Of a stretch of 64,000 nt of DNA, positions 48,001 to 57,639 are shown one piece after another (the first letter of the stretch is position 1; the number at the start of each line of letters is the position of its first letter). The notes under the pieces are model-generated. The model was not told the origin of the DNA. It saw nothing but the letters and a program-made list of their open reading frames with translations, and made no database searches. The position numbers and the translations under genes were made by a program. This stretch comes from Spirochaetia bacterium (GTDB lineage Bacteria; Spirochaetota; Spirochaetia; DSM-2461), in the NCBI GenBank assembly GCA_963668315.1, contig OY764216.1:5536001-5600000 (forward strand). Reading direction: 5' to 3'.

Positions 48001-48205
48001 TCTGTTCGATGATCTGGGTGACGCTGTTCTCGACCGTCTCAGCCGAGGCTCCCGGATACATGCAGTCGATGGCGATCGATGGCGGAGCGATCGGGGGATA
48101 CTGGGATATCGGCAGATGATAGATCGCCAGGCACCCCAGCACCATCATGATGATGGCAATCACCCAGGCAAAAACGGGACGATCCAGGAAAAATCTCGAA
48201 AGCAC
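45044..48205 (-). CDS. RND efflux permease, AcrB/MexB (HAE1) type
   Basis: FFLDRPVFAWVIAI, AIGLLVDDAIVVVENVER, KNAILI, RFRPVIMTS. Confidence 0.96.
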   Translation of the reverse strand: MLSRFFLDRPVFAWVIAIIMMVLGCLAIYHLPISQYPPIAPPSIAIDCMYPGASAETVENSVTQIIEQKMTGFDDMLYLSGTSDSSGSSRIELTFKPGTDPDLAWAKVQNKLQLAMTSLPEVVQRSGVSVNKSTRNFLLIVGLTSEDGSMDGNDLRDYAQSNLEKVLARVPGVGEVMAFGTQYAMRVWLNPDKLTEYQLTVEDVIASLQNYNVEVSAGQFGGAPAVEGQRLNASIVVQNLLQTPDEFADIPVRINPDGSIIRIKDIGRTELGTEAYNIRVFFNGQPTAGLAIRQAPGANALDTANAIKAKLDEMSRYFPEGMKVIYPHETTPFIEVAIEEVVKTLFEAVVLVFLVMYLFMGNIRATLIPTIAVPVVLLGTFAVLGALDYSINMLTMFAMVLAIGLLVDDAIVVVENVERIMAEEGLPPREATAKSMDQITSALIGIGLVLSAVFGPMAFFPGSTGVIYRQFSVTIIAAMMLSVVVALILTPVLCATFLRPVVRGHEPSENAIFFLRPFFRWFDRIFFAIRDRYVGLVGHSLAKKLRYVFIYVVIVTAVGYLYVKLPSSFLPDEDQGMIFCQLSLPKGSTLEQTQEMADEVAAYFQEHEQEAVASCMTICGFSFAGRSQNSAMVFVKLKDWAERNRPELKAGPVAGRAMGALSSLRNAMFFAFPPPPVSELGNATGVDFQLVDRGGLGHLELMAARDQFLELARKDPRLNPHTVRANGLEDVSEYRIDVDKDAAGAQLVPITSIHTTLSAAFGSSYVNNFIKDGRVKRVYVQADAPYRMLPEDLERVYVRNQEGKMVPYSAFASGRWSSNSPRLERFNGFPSLNILAEPSAGHSTGEAMEALEEAVAQLPSGIGYDYTGISYQERMSTAQAPLLYAFSILVIFLCVAALYESWTIPFVNLLMLPLGVFGALAATSMRGLSNDVYFQIGFLTTLGLSTKNAILIIQFIQEEMRQGQGLIEATLSAVRIRFRPVIMTSLAFFFGTLPLALATGAGAGAMNGIGTAVTGGMLSATFIDLIFIPLFFVIVSAFFGAKAKPAPPDVQSA

Positions 48206-48260
48206 CGTGGGACTCCGTCAGTTCGATCAAGGGGGGCGGGGCGGGACCAGCCGATTGCGT

Positions 48261-49568
48261 TCAGAGAGCAGCTTGGGCCGTGTCGGCGGCGTCCGTCGTG
48301 GCCGCAGGTTGGGGGTTGAATGGGATTGCTTTGACCGTCGAATTCGGACGCGCCTTCTGACTGCCCTCGACGATCACCTGGTCACCTGCGGCAAGCCCGG
48401 AAGAGATCAGCCACTTATCACCCAACGCTCGATCCGTCACGAGCGCTCGTTGCTCCACTTTCCCTTCGGCGTCCACCACCAGGGCGGTTGGATTGCCTTT
48501 GGGATCACGATGCACGGCCTGTTGGGGAACAAGAATGGCTTGCTCATTGACGCCCTCCTCGACCACGGCGCGGACGAACATGCCCGGCAGGAGAATTCGA
48601 TCCGGATTGGGAACCTCGATCCGCACGATCACCGAACCGGTCGTGGGATCGACGGTCACGTCGCGAAACTTGAGGGCTCCCTCGATCGGAAAGACCGAAC
48701 CGTCCTCCAGGAGGATCTTGACCTTGTCCGTGCCAATGTCTTTCAACGAACCGTGGCTCATCCTCTGCCTCAGACGGGTCAGTTCCGCCGTCGATTGAGG
48801 CACGTCCACGTAGATCGGATGGAACTGCTGAATTGTGGCCAGAGGCGTTGCCTGATAGGCCGTGACGATCGCTCCCTCGGTCACCTCCGAGCGACCAATT
48901 CGCCCAGTGATCGGAGCAACGATCCTGGTGTAGTCCACGTTGATGCGGGCCGTTTCAACAGCGGCTTTGGCCTGCTCAATGGCGGCTTCGGCTGCCTTGA
49001 CGGCTTCACGTTGGCTCTCCACCTCGGCCTGGGCCTCCTTGAGAGCGGCATCGGCCACCTCGACATCGGCAACGGCCTGGTCGACTTCCATTGCCGAGAC
49101 CGCGTCCGTCTTCACGAGCTTCGTCTTGCGATCCCGATTGGTGATCGCCAGATTGAGGACCGATTCGAACTTCTTCAAACCGGCGATGCTCGCTTGAAGG
49201 GCCGCCTTGGCCTGCTCGGCACTCTGCTTCGCCGAAGCGGCCGTGGCCACCGCACTATCGTAGGCCGCCTGGTAGGGGGCGGGGTCGATCTGGTAGAGGA
49301 GATCCCCTTTTTCCACGTCGGCCCCTTCCGTGAAGAATCGCTTCTGGAGCAGTCCGTTCACCTGGGGACGGATTTCCGCGATCAGGAAGCCCGCCGTTCG
49401 CCCCGGCAGTTCCGAGGTGAGCAGCACCGATTGAGGCTCAACGGTGACCACCGACACTTCCGGCGGACCGCCCGGAGGCGGGCCTTGGGCCTCCCGATGA
49501 CAACCTGCCAACGGGAAAATCGCTGGCAGGACCAGCAAAACAGTAGCTCTTAACGTGTGCCGATGCAT
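48261..49568 (-). CDS. RND periplasmic adaptor, AcrA type
   Basis: LAGC lipobox, AEIRPQVNG, LYQIDP, APITGRIG, LLPGMFVRA. Confidence 0.95.
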   Translation of the reverse strand: MHRHTLRATVLLVLPAIFPLAGCHREAQGPPPGGPPEVSVVTVEPQSVLLTSELPGRTAGFLIAEIRPQVNGLLQKRFFTEGADVEKGDLLYQIDPAPYQAAYDSAVATAASAKQSAEQAKAALQASIAGLKKFESVLNLAITNRDRKTKLVKTDAVSAMEVDQAVADVEVADAALKEAQAEVESQREAVKAAEAAIEQAKAAVETARINVDYTRIVAPITGRIGRSEVTEGAIVTAYQATPLATIQQFHPIYVDVPQSTAELTRLRQRMSHGSLKDIGTDKVKILLEDGSVFPIEGALKFRDVTVDPTTGSVIVRIEVPNPDRILLPGMFVRAVVEEGVNEQAILVPQQAVHRDPKGNPTALVVDAEGKVEQRALVTDRALGDKWLISSGLAAGDQVIVEGSQKARPNSTVKAIPFNPQPAATTDAADTAQAAL

Positions 49569-49652
49569 GGAAGTGCTCCAGAAAACCAAAACCTGCTATC
49601 AGCCGATTAAACACCGCCGAGTCCGCGAACGGACCTCTCGCAATCATGCCAA

Positions 49653-50273
49653 TCAACCGATTTGTCTCTTCTCCACCGAAATCCCATTCAGGAACGTATT
49701 CAAAATCAACCGACAAAGCGCTTCCCTTTGTTCCGGCTCCTCAAGCGGTGGTCCGCTTCTCAGCACTCCCCGGCAGAGCCCGAAATACATGTGGGCCATC
49801 ATGGCCGGATCGCCTGGTTGAAATGCTCCTTCGGCAATCCCCTGGCGAAACAAACGCTCAAACTGCTTGCTGACCGCATCCGCCGTCCGACGCACCGAGG
49901 ACTGGAGGAGACTGTGGGCGTTCGCGTCATCGAAAAGGAGCCGGTGAGCTCTCAAATGCCGCGCTATGTGATCGAAAAACCAGCGAAGCTGTTCGGCCAG
50001 CTTCTCAACGGCCGGTTGCTTCCGGCCCGCCAACTCCTCAAAAACCTCGAAGACGGGTTCCGTCAACTTGGCATGAACAAACTCCAGGAGATCCCTCTTG
50101 CTGTGGAAATATCGATACAGGCTCCCTTTGGCCACCCGAGCTGCCGATGCCACCCGGTCCATGGTCATGCCTTCTGCGCCGTGTTGGTCGAGAACCGAAA
50201 TGGTCGCTTCGAAAAACGCCTCTTTCATCAGTCCGTCGACGGCCTGTTTTCGTATCTCCGTCAGTCTAGGCAT
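49653..50273 (-). CDS. TetR/AcrR family regulator
   Basis: TMDRVASAARVAKGSLYRYFHSKRDL HTH; first gene of the efflux operon. Confidence 0.93.
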   Translation of the reverse strand: MPRLTEIRKQAVDGLMKEAFFEATISVLDQHGAEGMTMDRVASAARVAKGSLYRYFHSKRDLLEFVHAKLTEPVFEVFEELAGRKQPAVEKLAEQLRWFFDHIARHLRAHRLLFDDANAHSLLQSSVRRTADAVSKQFERLFRQGIAEGAFQPGDPAMMAHMYFGLCRGVLRSGPPLEEPEQREALCRLILNTFLNGISVEKRQIG

Positions 50274-50301
50274 ATCCTCTCCCTTCTTGCCTCCTAAGTC
50301 T

Positions 50302-50330
50302 ATTTTGCCGACTGGCCAGTCAGTTTTCAA
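50302..50330 (-). promoter_or_regulatory. Efflux operon promoter with embedded putative TetR operator
   Basis: TTGAAA-N17-CAAAAT on minus strand; palindrome GACTGGCCAGTC (50310-50321) in the spacer. Confidence 0.65.
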
Positions 50331-50828
50331 GACCCCCGGGTCTAACAAGAGGGACGAATGCGCCTTTTCCGGTTAGGACAAGATTGTCGTACAGATTGTG
50401 CGGCCTGGGTCGACGTACCGCCCACCAGACAATTCTCCTCCAATGGGTGGGGATAGCGTACGCTTCAAGTTCGGTACGCTTTGGTGACCGGGCAGTCACA
50501 CGGGCTGGATGAATGGCGATCGCTTCCGTGCCGCGGGGCCAACCATCCCGTTCAACTACCCCAGAACATCTGGGACACCGGGGCGCTGTTCAAGGTTCTC
50601 CCATACCGCTTCAGGGGCAGACCAAGCCGGCTCGGTTCCCTGAACCACGCGTCTTGGGAAGGTCGCCCCAACAACGGAACACCGCCAGCCCTGGTTCTCC
50701 GGTGCGGCGGATTTCTCGGCATAAGTCGTGTGCCCTTCGATACTTGCTTGTCCTCTGGCGTTCTGGCTATACTGCAACCGCTTCACGGGGCAACGCACGA
50801 AACCACTTCCTTGGGCGGAGATATTCCC

Positions 50829-52388
50829 ATGCCACAAACAGTGAATTCACGGCGCCTTCTTCCTCGTCATGGGATGGGCACGCTCCTGGCCCGATTGGCG
50901 ATTCCCGTAGTGATGCTGGCCACCATCGCGGCGTCGATTGCCCCGGCGGAGTGCGGAGAGCCGGCGAAGGATGGCCGTGCCCCCAATTTTGTCGTCATCT
51001 ACATCGACGACATGGGCTACGGCGATATCGGGCCCTTCGGTGCCGAGGGATACGCGACTCCGAACCTGGATCGCATGGCGGAGGAGGGAAGGCGATTCAC
51101 CGATTTCTACGTGACCCAGGCGGTTTGTTCGGCTTCGCGGGCCGGACTGCTTACCGGCTGCTACAACGTGCGCGTCGGGATTCTCGGAGCCCTCAGCCAC
51201 AGAAACACCCACGGTATCAGCTCTGACGAGATGACGATCGCCGATGTGCTCAAGCAGAAGGGCTACGCCACGGCGTGCTACGGCAAGTGGCACCTTGGGC
51301 ACCACCCCAAGTTCCTGCCGACCAATCACGGATTCGACGAGTACGTGGGCTTGCCCTATTCCAACGACATGTGGCCAGGCCATCCCACGGCCGGGAAAAA
51401 CTACCCGGACCTGCCGTTGCTCCAGAATACGCACGTGATCGATGCCAACGTGACGGCCAAGGACCAGGAACAACTGACCACGCTCTACACGGACAAGGCG
51501 GTCGACTTCATTCAACGCAACAAGGAGCATCCCTTCTTCCTCTACGTTCCCCACTCGATGGTTCACGTGCCGCTCTACGTCTCCGACAAGTTTCGCGGCA
51601 AGAGCGAGCGAGGCCTCTTCGGCGACGTGGTGATGGAAATCGACTGGTCCGTGGGACGCATCCTGGAGACGATTCGGGAGAACAACCTGGAAAAAGACAC
51701 CATGGTCGTGTTCACCGCCGACAATGGTCCCTGGCTTAGCTACGGAGATCATGCCGGGACAGCCGGGCCGTTGCGCGAGGGCAAGGGGACGATGTTTGAC
51801 GGCGGGTGCCGCGAACCCACGGTCATGTGGTGGCCCGGGAAGATTCCGGCAGGAACCGTGTGCTCCACCCCCGCCATGACCATCGATCTGCTCCCCACAT
51901 TTGCCACCTTGATTGGCGCCCCCCTGCCGAAGAACAAAATCGACGGCAAGAACATCTGGCCCCTGATTGCCGGCGACAAAGGAGCGACCAGCCCGCATGA
52001 AGCGTATTTCTTCTACTATGGCAACCAACTGCAGGCCATGCGGATGGGCCAATGGAAACTCCACTTTCCCCACGGCTACCGGACCTTGTCGGGTCGCCCC
52101 GGCGGCACGGGCGGCATGCCGGTTCCTTACGATCAGGCAAAAATCGAATTGGCTCTGTTTGACCTGAACGCCGACATCGCGGAAACCACGGACGTCAAAG
52201 ACCAGCATCCCGAAATCCTGGCCAAGATGCAGAAAATGGCCGACGTGATGCGCGAGGATCTTGGGGACGGCCAGAAAAAGGGCAACGGGCAACGTCAACC
52301 AGGCCGCCTCCAACAGGATGACCTCCGCTTCGATTGGCAGCCCGGCAAACCCAACGACCCTGAACCGCACGTGGTCGATCCCAAGTAG
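50829..52388 (+). CDS. Formylglycine-dependent sulfatase
   Basis: PNFVVIYIDDMGYGD, CSASRAGLLTG, GKWHLG, ADNG; signal peptide. Confidence 0.95.
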   Translation: MPQTVNSRRLLPRHGMGTLLARLAIPVVMLATIAASIAPAECGEPAKDGRAPNFVVIYIDDMGYGDIGPFGAEGYATPNLDRMAEEGRRFTDFYVTQAVCSASRAGLLTGCYNVRVGILGALSHRNTHGISSDEMTIADVLKQKGYATACYGKWHLGHHPKFLPTNHGFDEYVGLPYSNDMWPGHPTAGKNYPDLPLLQNTHVIDANVTAKDQEQLTTLYTDKAVDFIQRNKEHPFFLYVPHSMVHVPLYVSDKFRGKSERGLFGDVVMEIDWSVGRILETIRENNLEKDTMVVFTADNGPWLSYGDHAGTAGPLREGKGTMFDGGCREPTVMWWPGKIPAGTVCSTPAMTIDLLPTFATLIGAPLPKNKIDGKNIWPLIAGDKGATSPHEAYFFYYGNQLQAMRMGQWKLHFPHGYRTLSGRPGGTGGMPVPYDQAKIELALFDLNADIAETTDVKDQHPEILAKMQKMADVMREDLGDGQKKGNGQRQPGRLQQDDLRFDWQPGKPNDPEPHVVDPK

Positions 52389-52614
52389 CCGGGAAACGCC
52401 CTGCCGGATTGTGCGAGCCTCCCCTGCCTTCCCTGCCCTTACAATCCGACCTTTCCCACTCAATTCCACGGCCCCCTCATCCCCCATGAGCTAGACTTTT
52501 TGGGCGGATCACTCCGATCCCCCTTGAAGTCTTGGTTCACGACCTGTGCGCACAATGCGCGTGGGGTTGTATGGAATTGGATTGCGGGCTTACCCCGCTT
52601 TGGGGAGGTGCACC

Positions 52615-53091
52615 ATGAATCGATCCCTATTGGCCGCCGTCGCCGTTCTTGCTTTTTCTGTGAACAGCGCAAACGCCCAGTCCTGGATCTTCCAGCCGGG
52701 AACGTACAGCAGAACCTCCGGACCGGCCGCTCTGCAGAATGCAGCCCCGGTGCAGTCTGCGACCGGCTCCCAATCCGTGGCGGGATCACTGTCCTCTCTC
52801 GGCTCTCAGACCGCGAACGGACCGAAAGCCTATGCTTCCTTCACGGAATCCCAGGCGGCCGCAGCGGCTACCATGCCCAAGCCTGCCTTCCAATGGGATC
52901 CCACGGGAATTCTCGGACGAGGCCAACGGTACGAGCAATGGAGTCATGAGGAAGCCATGGAAGCCAACCGGCTGGAGACCTATGCTCGGGGAGTGCGCGA
53001 TGCCGTGGGCATGCCTGTCTGGACCTGGAATCCAACCGCTTACCAGCCGCTTCCTCGGATCACCGCCCCGAAAGAAGACTTAGCGAATTAG
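52615..53091 (+). CDS. Exported hypothetical protein
   Basis: RBS GGAGG, signal peptide ending ANA; TAG stop overlaps the MITE left border. Confidence 0.65.
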   Translation: MNRSLLAAVAVLAFSVNSANAQSWIFQPGTYSRTSGPAALQNAAPVQSATGSQSVAGSLSSLGSQTANGPKAYASFTESQAAAAATMPKPAFQWDPTGILGRGQRYEQWSHEEAMEANRLETYARGVRDAVGMPVWTWNPTAYQPLPRITAPKEDLAN

Positions 53092-53252
53092 GCTCTGTTT
53101 CAAAACTCAAGGTGCCGGGCTTCGAGCGGCTGCACGAGCCATCCGCTGCGTTGTCCTGCATCGACATATGTCCAATATGCCTGCTTCGAACGCCTTGCGG
53201 ACTGGCTCGTTCGCTCGCTCTCGGGCCTGCGGCAGACTTTTCAAACAGAGCC
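53091..53252. mobile_element. 162-bp MITE, copy A
   Basis: Terminal inverted repeats GGCTCTGTTT / AAACAGAGCC flanked by TA on both sides; near-identical to 58737-58898. Confidence 0.88.
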
Positions 53253-53445
53253 TAGGACGCATCAGGAGTCCGACTCTTGAAATGGGGCGGCTCAAAGCGT
53301 TTACACGGCGGGTCGTGTATGGCATAACAGGAGGAAGCCTCGCGGCCTTGTTCATGACCGGAAACGCAAGCCCGGGGTGTTGGTGGGAACCAGGCGGCAA
53401 GACGCCGAGCGACACTCCTCTTTCACGGTTCGTGCGGTGTGAGCG

Positions 53446-55476
53446 ATGAATATCGCCTTCCAATGTCCCGTATGCGGGAAACGATACGAAGTGCCCGGAC
53501 ATCAGGCGGGCGCGCAGGTGATCTGTGCCGGCTGTCGGCGGACAATCCTGGTGCCACGCCCCGCGGCTTCCCCGTCGCTGGATCGCCCCCGCCGGACACG
53601 CCTTCCCCATAACGAGGGACCGAGCCGAACGGCAATCTTCGTGGCGGTGGGAGGCGCCGGTGCACTCGTGGCGGTGATCGCGGCTCTCGTCTTCGTTCTA
53701 ACCCGAGAGGACCAAACGCCGGCCTCGTCCGACCCGCCTGCCCAGGTGGAGACGCCCCCTGCGGACACGAACCGCCTGGCCTCACGCCTCGCCCCCCTGA
53801 TGCACGCCGACAAACGCTCCGAAACCGAACCGTCAAAGCCCCCGGAGAAGCAGGACACCCCGTCATTGGAGGCGGCTTCGGCCGACACGACAGAGACCGC
53901 CGACAAGAGTGACGAGTCGCCTTCGCCAATTCCGGCCCCCACCGGCGACGCTTATCCACTTCGCGTGGCCGATCACGAACCCGTCACTTTCGGCGCCGCG
54001 GGATGTCCCATCGTGGTCATCGGCTCGAAAGTCTGGGACTATCAGAAGAAAACGGTGCGCTCCACCCTCGACGGCAAGTACGACGATAGCAGTCTGACCG
54101 CCCTGTCGCCCGACGGACGCTATTTTGCGGCCACGGAACAGTCGGCCCACCACCGCAACAATCCCGTGCTCGTCTGGGACACCTCGACTGGCCAACTCTG
54201 CACACGCATCCCGGGAGATACGGCCGCCGGAGTCGGGCTTCTCCATCTGGCGGGCGGGCGAGCCTTCATCGCGCCCGCTCATTCCAACCGCTTGTATGTC
54301 TGGGACCTGGCGGAAGCTCGCGAGTTGAAGTCGCTCACATTGGCCGAAAGCCGGCTCACGCCGGGCAACACGGCGATCGCGCACAATGGACTGTATGTGG
54401 CAACGATCGAGGATCGCAAACTCGTCGTGATCAAGATCGAGACGGGCGAAACCATCGTGAAGATGCGGGCGCCAAAAAAACGCGAGAAGCCTCGGGGCCC
54501 CGAACTTCCACCCGGAATGGTCCGAGTCGATCACGGGGGCTGGATCGTCGATAACGTGGGAGAGGCCGCCGACGACAGCGAGTGCAGCTCGATCTACTCG
54601 TCATTGAAGGCCCTGGACTTCTCCCCGGACAGCCGTGAGTTGGTGGCTGTTTCCACATATCCCCAGCCCCGGGTCATCTGCTGGAACCACAAGGGACGTC
54701 GAGTGCTGGATGAAACGCTCCATTCCGACCGAGACTTGCACGAAACGCGGTCGATCCACTGGTTTGGCGAAAAAGACGCGTGGCTGCTTGGAACCGACCT
54801 CTTCGACCGTAAGGCGTCGAAGGTCGTGCTTTCCGTCCGCCGATCGTTCCTGCACACACCCACGATTCACGTTCAGGACGACAATCACCTGGTGGGCACG
54901 TTCTCCAGCAAACCCAACGAGATCCAGACAGTCGCAATCCCCTGGGACGCTATCCGGGCATCGCTCGAAGACCTGGAGAAAAAGGCTCCCGCACTGCTCA
55001 GCCCGGCCGAGCCGGTGAGTATCGTCTTCGAACTCGGCTCGCTCCGGGGCGACCAGAACAAGACCGTCCGGGAACTCGGCGATGCCCTCAAGGCGAGATT
55101 GGAGAAAGACGGGCTGGAAGTGGAAAGCGGGAAGAGCACGTTCTTCCGAATCCGTTTCTCGGAAAAGGCGGGTGACTCGGTCCCCGTTTACGAACGCCAG
55201 TCCCCATTCCATTGGGACGATCGCGATACGGGCCAGCGGGTTCATGAAGCCGAAGGCAAACTGGTCGTCGAACTGGTCGTGCCCGGCCGGGATCAGCCGG
55301 TCTGGCGAGATACCCTGGCCGCCGGCTCCGACTCGTCCTACGATGGCAACGTCACCGAACTGGTCGTCCGCGACAGCATGGTGGAAAACCTGGCCAACCG
55401 GATGGACGACCTGAACTTCCCCTACTTCATTCCCAAATCCGACGACCTGCTGGCGCTGCCGGTCGTCCTCCAGTGA
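53446..55476 (+). CDS. Zn-ribbon / TM / WD40-like beta-propeller protein
   Basis: CPVC...CAGC N-terminus, one TM, Pro-rich linker, ALSPDGRYFA, VWD, DFSPDSRELV repeats. Confidence 0.8.
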   Translation: MNIAFQCPVCGKRYEVPGHQAGAQVICAGCRRTILVPRPAASPSLDRPRRTRLPHNEGPSRTAIFVAVGGAGALVAVIAALVFVLTREDQTPASSDPPAQVETPPADTNRLASRLAPLMHADKRSETEPSKPPEKQDTPSLEAASADTTETADKSDESPSPIPAPTGDAYPLRVADHEPVTFGAAGCPIVVIGSKVWDYQKKTVRSTLDGKYDDSSLTALSPDGRYFAATEQSAHHRNNPVLVWDTSTGQLCTRIPGDTAAGVGLLHLAGGRAFIAPAHSNRLYVWDLAEARELKSLTLAESRLTPGNTAIAHNGLYVATIEDRKLVVIKIETGETIVKMRAPKKREKPRGPELPPGMVRVDHGGWIVDNVGEAADDSECSSIYSSLKALDFSPDSRELVAVSTYPQPRVICWNHKGRRVLDETLHSDRDLHETRSIHWFGEKDAWLLGTDLFDRKASKVVLSVRRSFLHTPTIHVQDDNHLVGTFSSKPNEIQTVAIPWDAIRASLEDLEKKAPALLSPAEPVSIVFELGSLRGDQNKTVRELGDALKARLEKDGLEVESGKSTFFRIRFSEKAGDSVPVYERQSPFHWDDRDTGQRVHEAEGKLVVELVVPGRDQPVWRDTLAAGSDSSYDGNVTELVVRDSMVENLANRMDDLNFPYFIPKSDDLLALPVVLQ

Positions 55477-55703
55477 TCTCTGCGCGACCGGTTCAACTTC
55501 TGCCCATGGACTTCTTCTGCGACGGGAATCCGACGTAAGAGCTGAAGTGGTCCTGACTTCGGCTGTTGGAACACACAACGCTCGACACAAGACCCCGCAT
55601 TCGTTAGAATGCCGTCACCGGCCGGAAGAAGGGGGGCGTTCCTTCTGGTGCTGGCACATTTTTGGGGATTGTTTCCAACCTTCTAGCGGGAAAGGCGGTG
55701 CTT

Positions 55704-57437
55704 ATGCGAAGAGCCATTTGCTGCTTCGGATGGGGGGTCGTGGCGATAGGCCTTCTGGGACCTGTCGCCCATGCAAACGGAGAGAGTTGTTCCCTTGAGA
55801 TGAAAAAGGTGGACACCTCGAACACGTCGAGCGACACCCGCCTCTATCGGGCAACCTCGTCTCAGAGTTTCTATCACCCTGTCGCACGCGGTGTCCGCGT
55901 CCGCGACAACTCGGCGCAAGAATTCGCGGAAACGATCAAGAAGGAGCCGGAGGCCTATCGGGCCGAGTTTCCCGTTCGGGGCGTCGTCAAGTTCGGGACG
56001 CTGAAGTTCGGCTATGCGCTGGACACATCGGTTGAACCGGTGAAAGAAAAGGAAGACAAGGCCGACGCCAAAGAGGCGGAGGAGAAGAAGTCCGAGAGCG
56101 TCCTGTCGGCCCTCTCCAAGGTTTTGACGGGTGACACCAAGAAGGCGGAGGAAGAAACGACGCCCTTCAAACCGGTGCCCTACGATCGCCTCTACATCGA
56201 CACCGATCGCGACGGCGACCTGACGGACGAAGAAGTGATCGAGGCTTCGTCGACGAGAAACGACAGCAACAACCGCTACTACTCATGCAACTTTCCCCGA
56301 ATCGATCTTCCGATTGAGGTCGAATCCGTTCCGGTCGACTATGCCATCACCCTGAGCACGATGGCCTACGGCGACGACAAGTTCGGCTATGTCAACGGTT
56401 CGTTCCAAGCCGGAGCCTACCGGGAAGGTGAAATCACCCTCGACGGCAAGAAACGCCGCCTCGTCCTGATCGATTTCAACGGCAACGGGCGCTTCGACGA
56501 CCCGTCGACCTTTCGTGATTCAGCCGGCTCCTCCAGCGAACGCGTTTACACCATCCGCGGAGATCGACTCTACGTCGACCCCGACATGAACGCCTCCGGA
56601 CGAAGCGCCTACGATGTGACCAGTGCGGACGATATGTTCGCCGTAGGCTCGTTGCTGTGCCTCGACGGGAGGTTCTACAAGATGACCGTCTCTCCTTCGG
56701 GGGACAAGCTGACCCTGGAGCCTGCCGACCTCGACGTGGGCTATGTGACAAACGCCGTAGGAAACTACCGCGCTGTCATTTACGGCGACCTCGGCCTCAT
56801 CAAAATCCAGTCGGACGAGTCGGGCAAGGCGCCCGTGCCGGCCGGTTCCTGGAAACTGATGAACTATACCCTCGATCGAACCGGGTATGAGGAGAAAAAG
56901 GCCAAGGAAAAGAACGAAGAACCGTCGATTCTGGGCGTTCTCACGGAAGCCCTGGGAACGGACGACAACGGAAGACCTCCCCGCCGCACCGTCGTGGCTG
57001 CCAGCGGGACGAACCGCTACAAGGCGGTGGATGTGAAGGAAGACGAAACCGTCGAGTTGCCCTTCGGACCTCCGTACCGCCCCGAGGTAGACGTCCAGTA
57101 TCGCAGAGGCGCCGACCAGGTGTCGCTGGGGATGTCCCTCGTCGGCTCGGCGGGAGAAGTCTGCACGAGCATGTACGTGAACGGGAGTCGTCCCGGGAAG
57201 CCCCAGTTCACCATCACCGATCCGGAAGGAAACAAGGTGGCCGAAGGCGTCTTCGAGTATGGCTGAGGCTTCACTTGCCGGTACTCGTGGCGAGTACCTT
57301 CGGACCCGGCCGACGAATACACGATTCAAGTTCGCATGAACGCTGGCCCCTTCAAGATCGACAGTGAACACAAAAGCGTCCTGAAGAAGAGCGAAATCGC
57401 TCTCCCGAAGGCTGCACAGGCCAGACCGGCCACTTGA
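55704..57437 (+). CDS. Exported protein, candidate selenoprotein (UGA at 57264-57266 read as Sec; ends at 57266 if not recoded)
   Basis: Signal peptide; DTDRDGDLTDE and DFNGNGRFDD Ca-binding-like loops; FEYG-TGA-GFTC then open frame to TGA 57435-57437. Confidence 0.75.
57280..57298 (+). promoter_or_regulatory. Candidate bacterial SECIS hairpin
   Basis: GGTACTCG-TGG-CGAGTACC perfect 8-bp stem starting 13 nt after the UGA; G at second loop position. Confidence 0.65.
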
Positions 57438-57449
57438 ACCAATCCCCTG

Positions 57450-57485
57450 ACGCCGGGAGGTCCTCGCGACTTCCCGGCGTTTTTT
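57450..57485 (+). terminator. Intrinsic terminator
   Basis: ACGCCGGGAGGTC-loop-GACTTCCCGGCGT followed by a T-run, 12 nt after the second TGA. Confidence 0.8.
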
Positions 57486-57639
57486 AGTCAAACGCACTTC
57501 CCCGCAAGCGGCGCTTTCGCCGACGGTCCGGGAGAGTGTCTTGCTCTCTACCTGAACTGAATTCCAGCGGGAACAGGGGATATGAGCGGAGCAATTCTGC
57601 GCCCACGCCGGCATCCCGTTCCCTGAGTAGGAGACGATT

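Noticed and set aside
53168..53449. Apparent paralogous ORFs starting MSNMPAS (53168 and 58814)
   Set aside because: Translations of the MITE interior, not real genes
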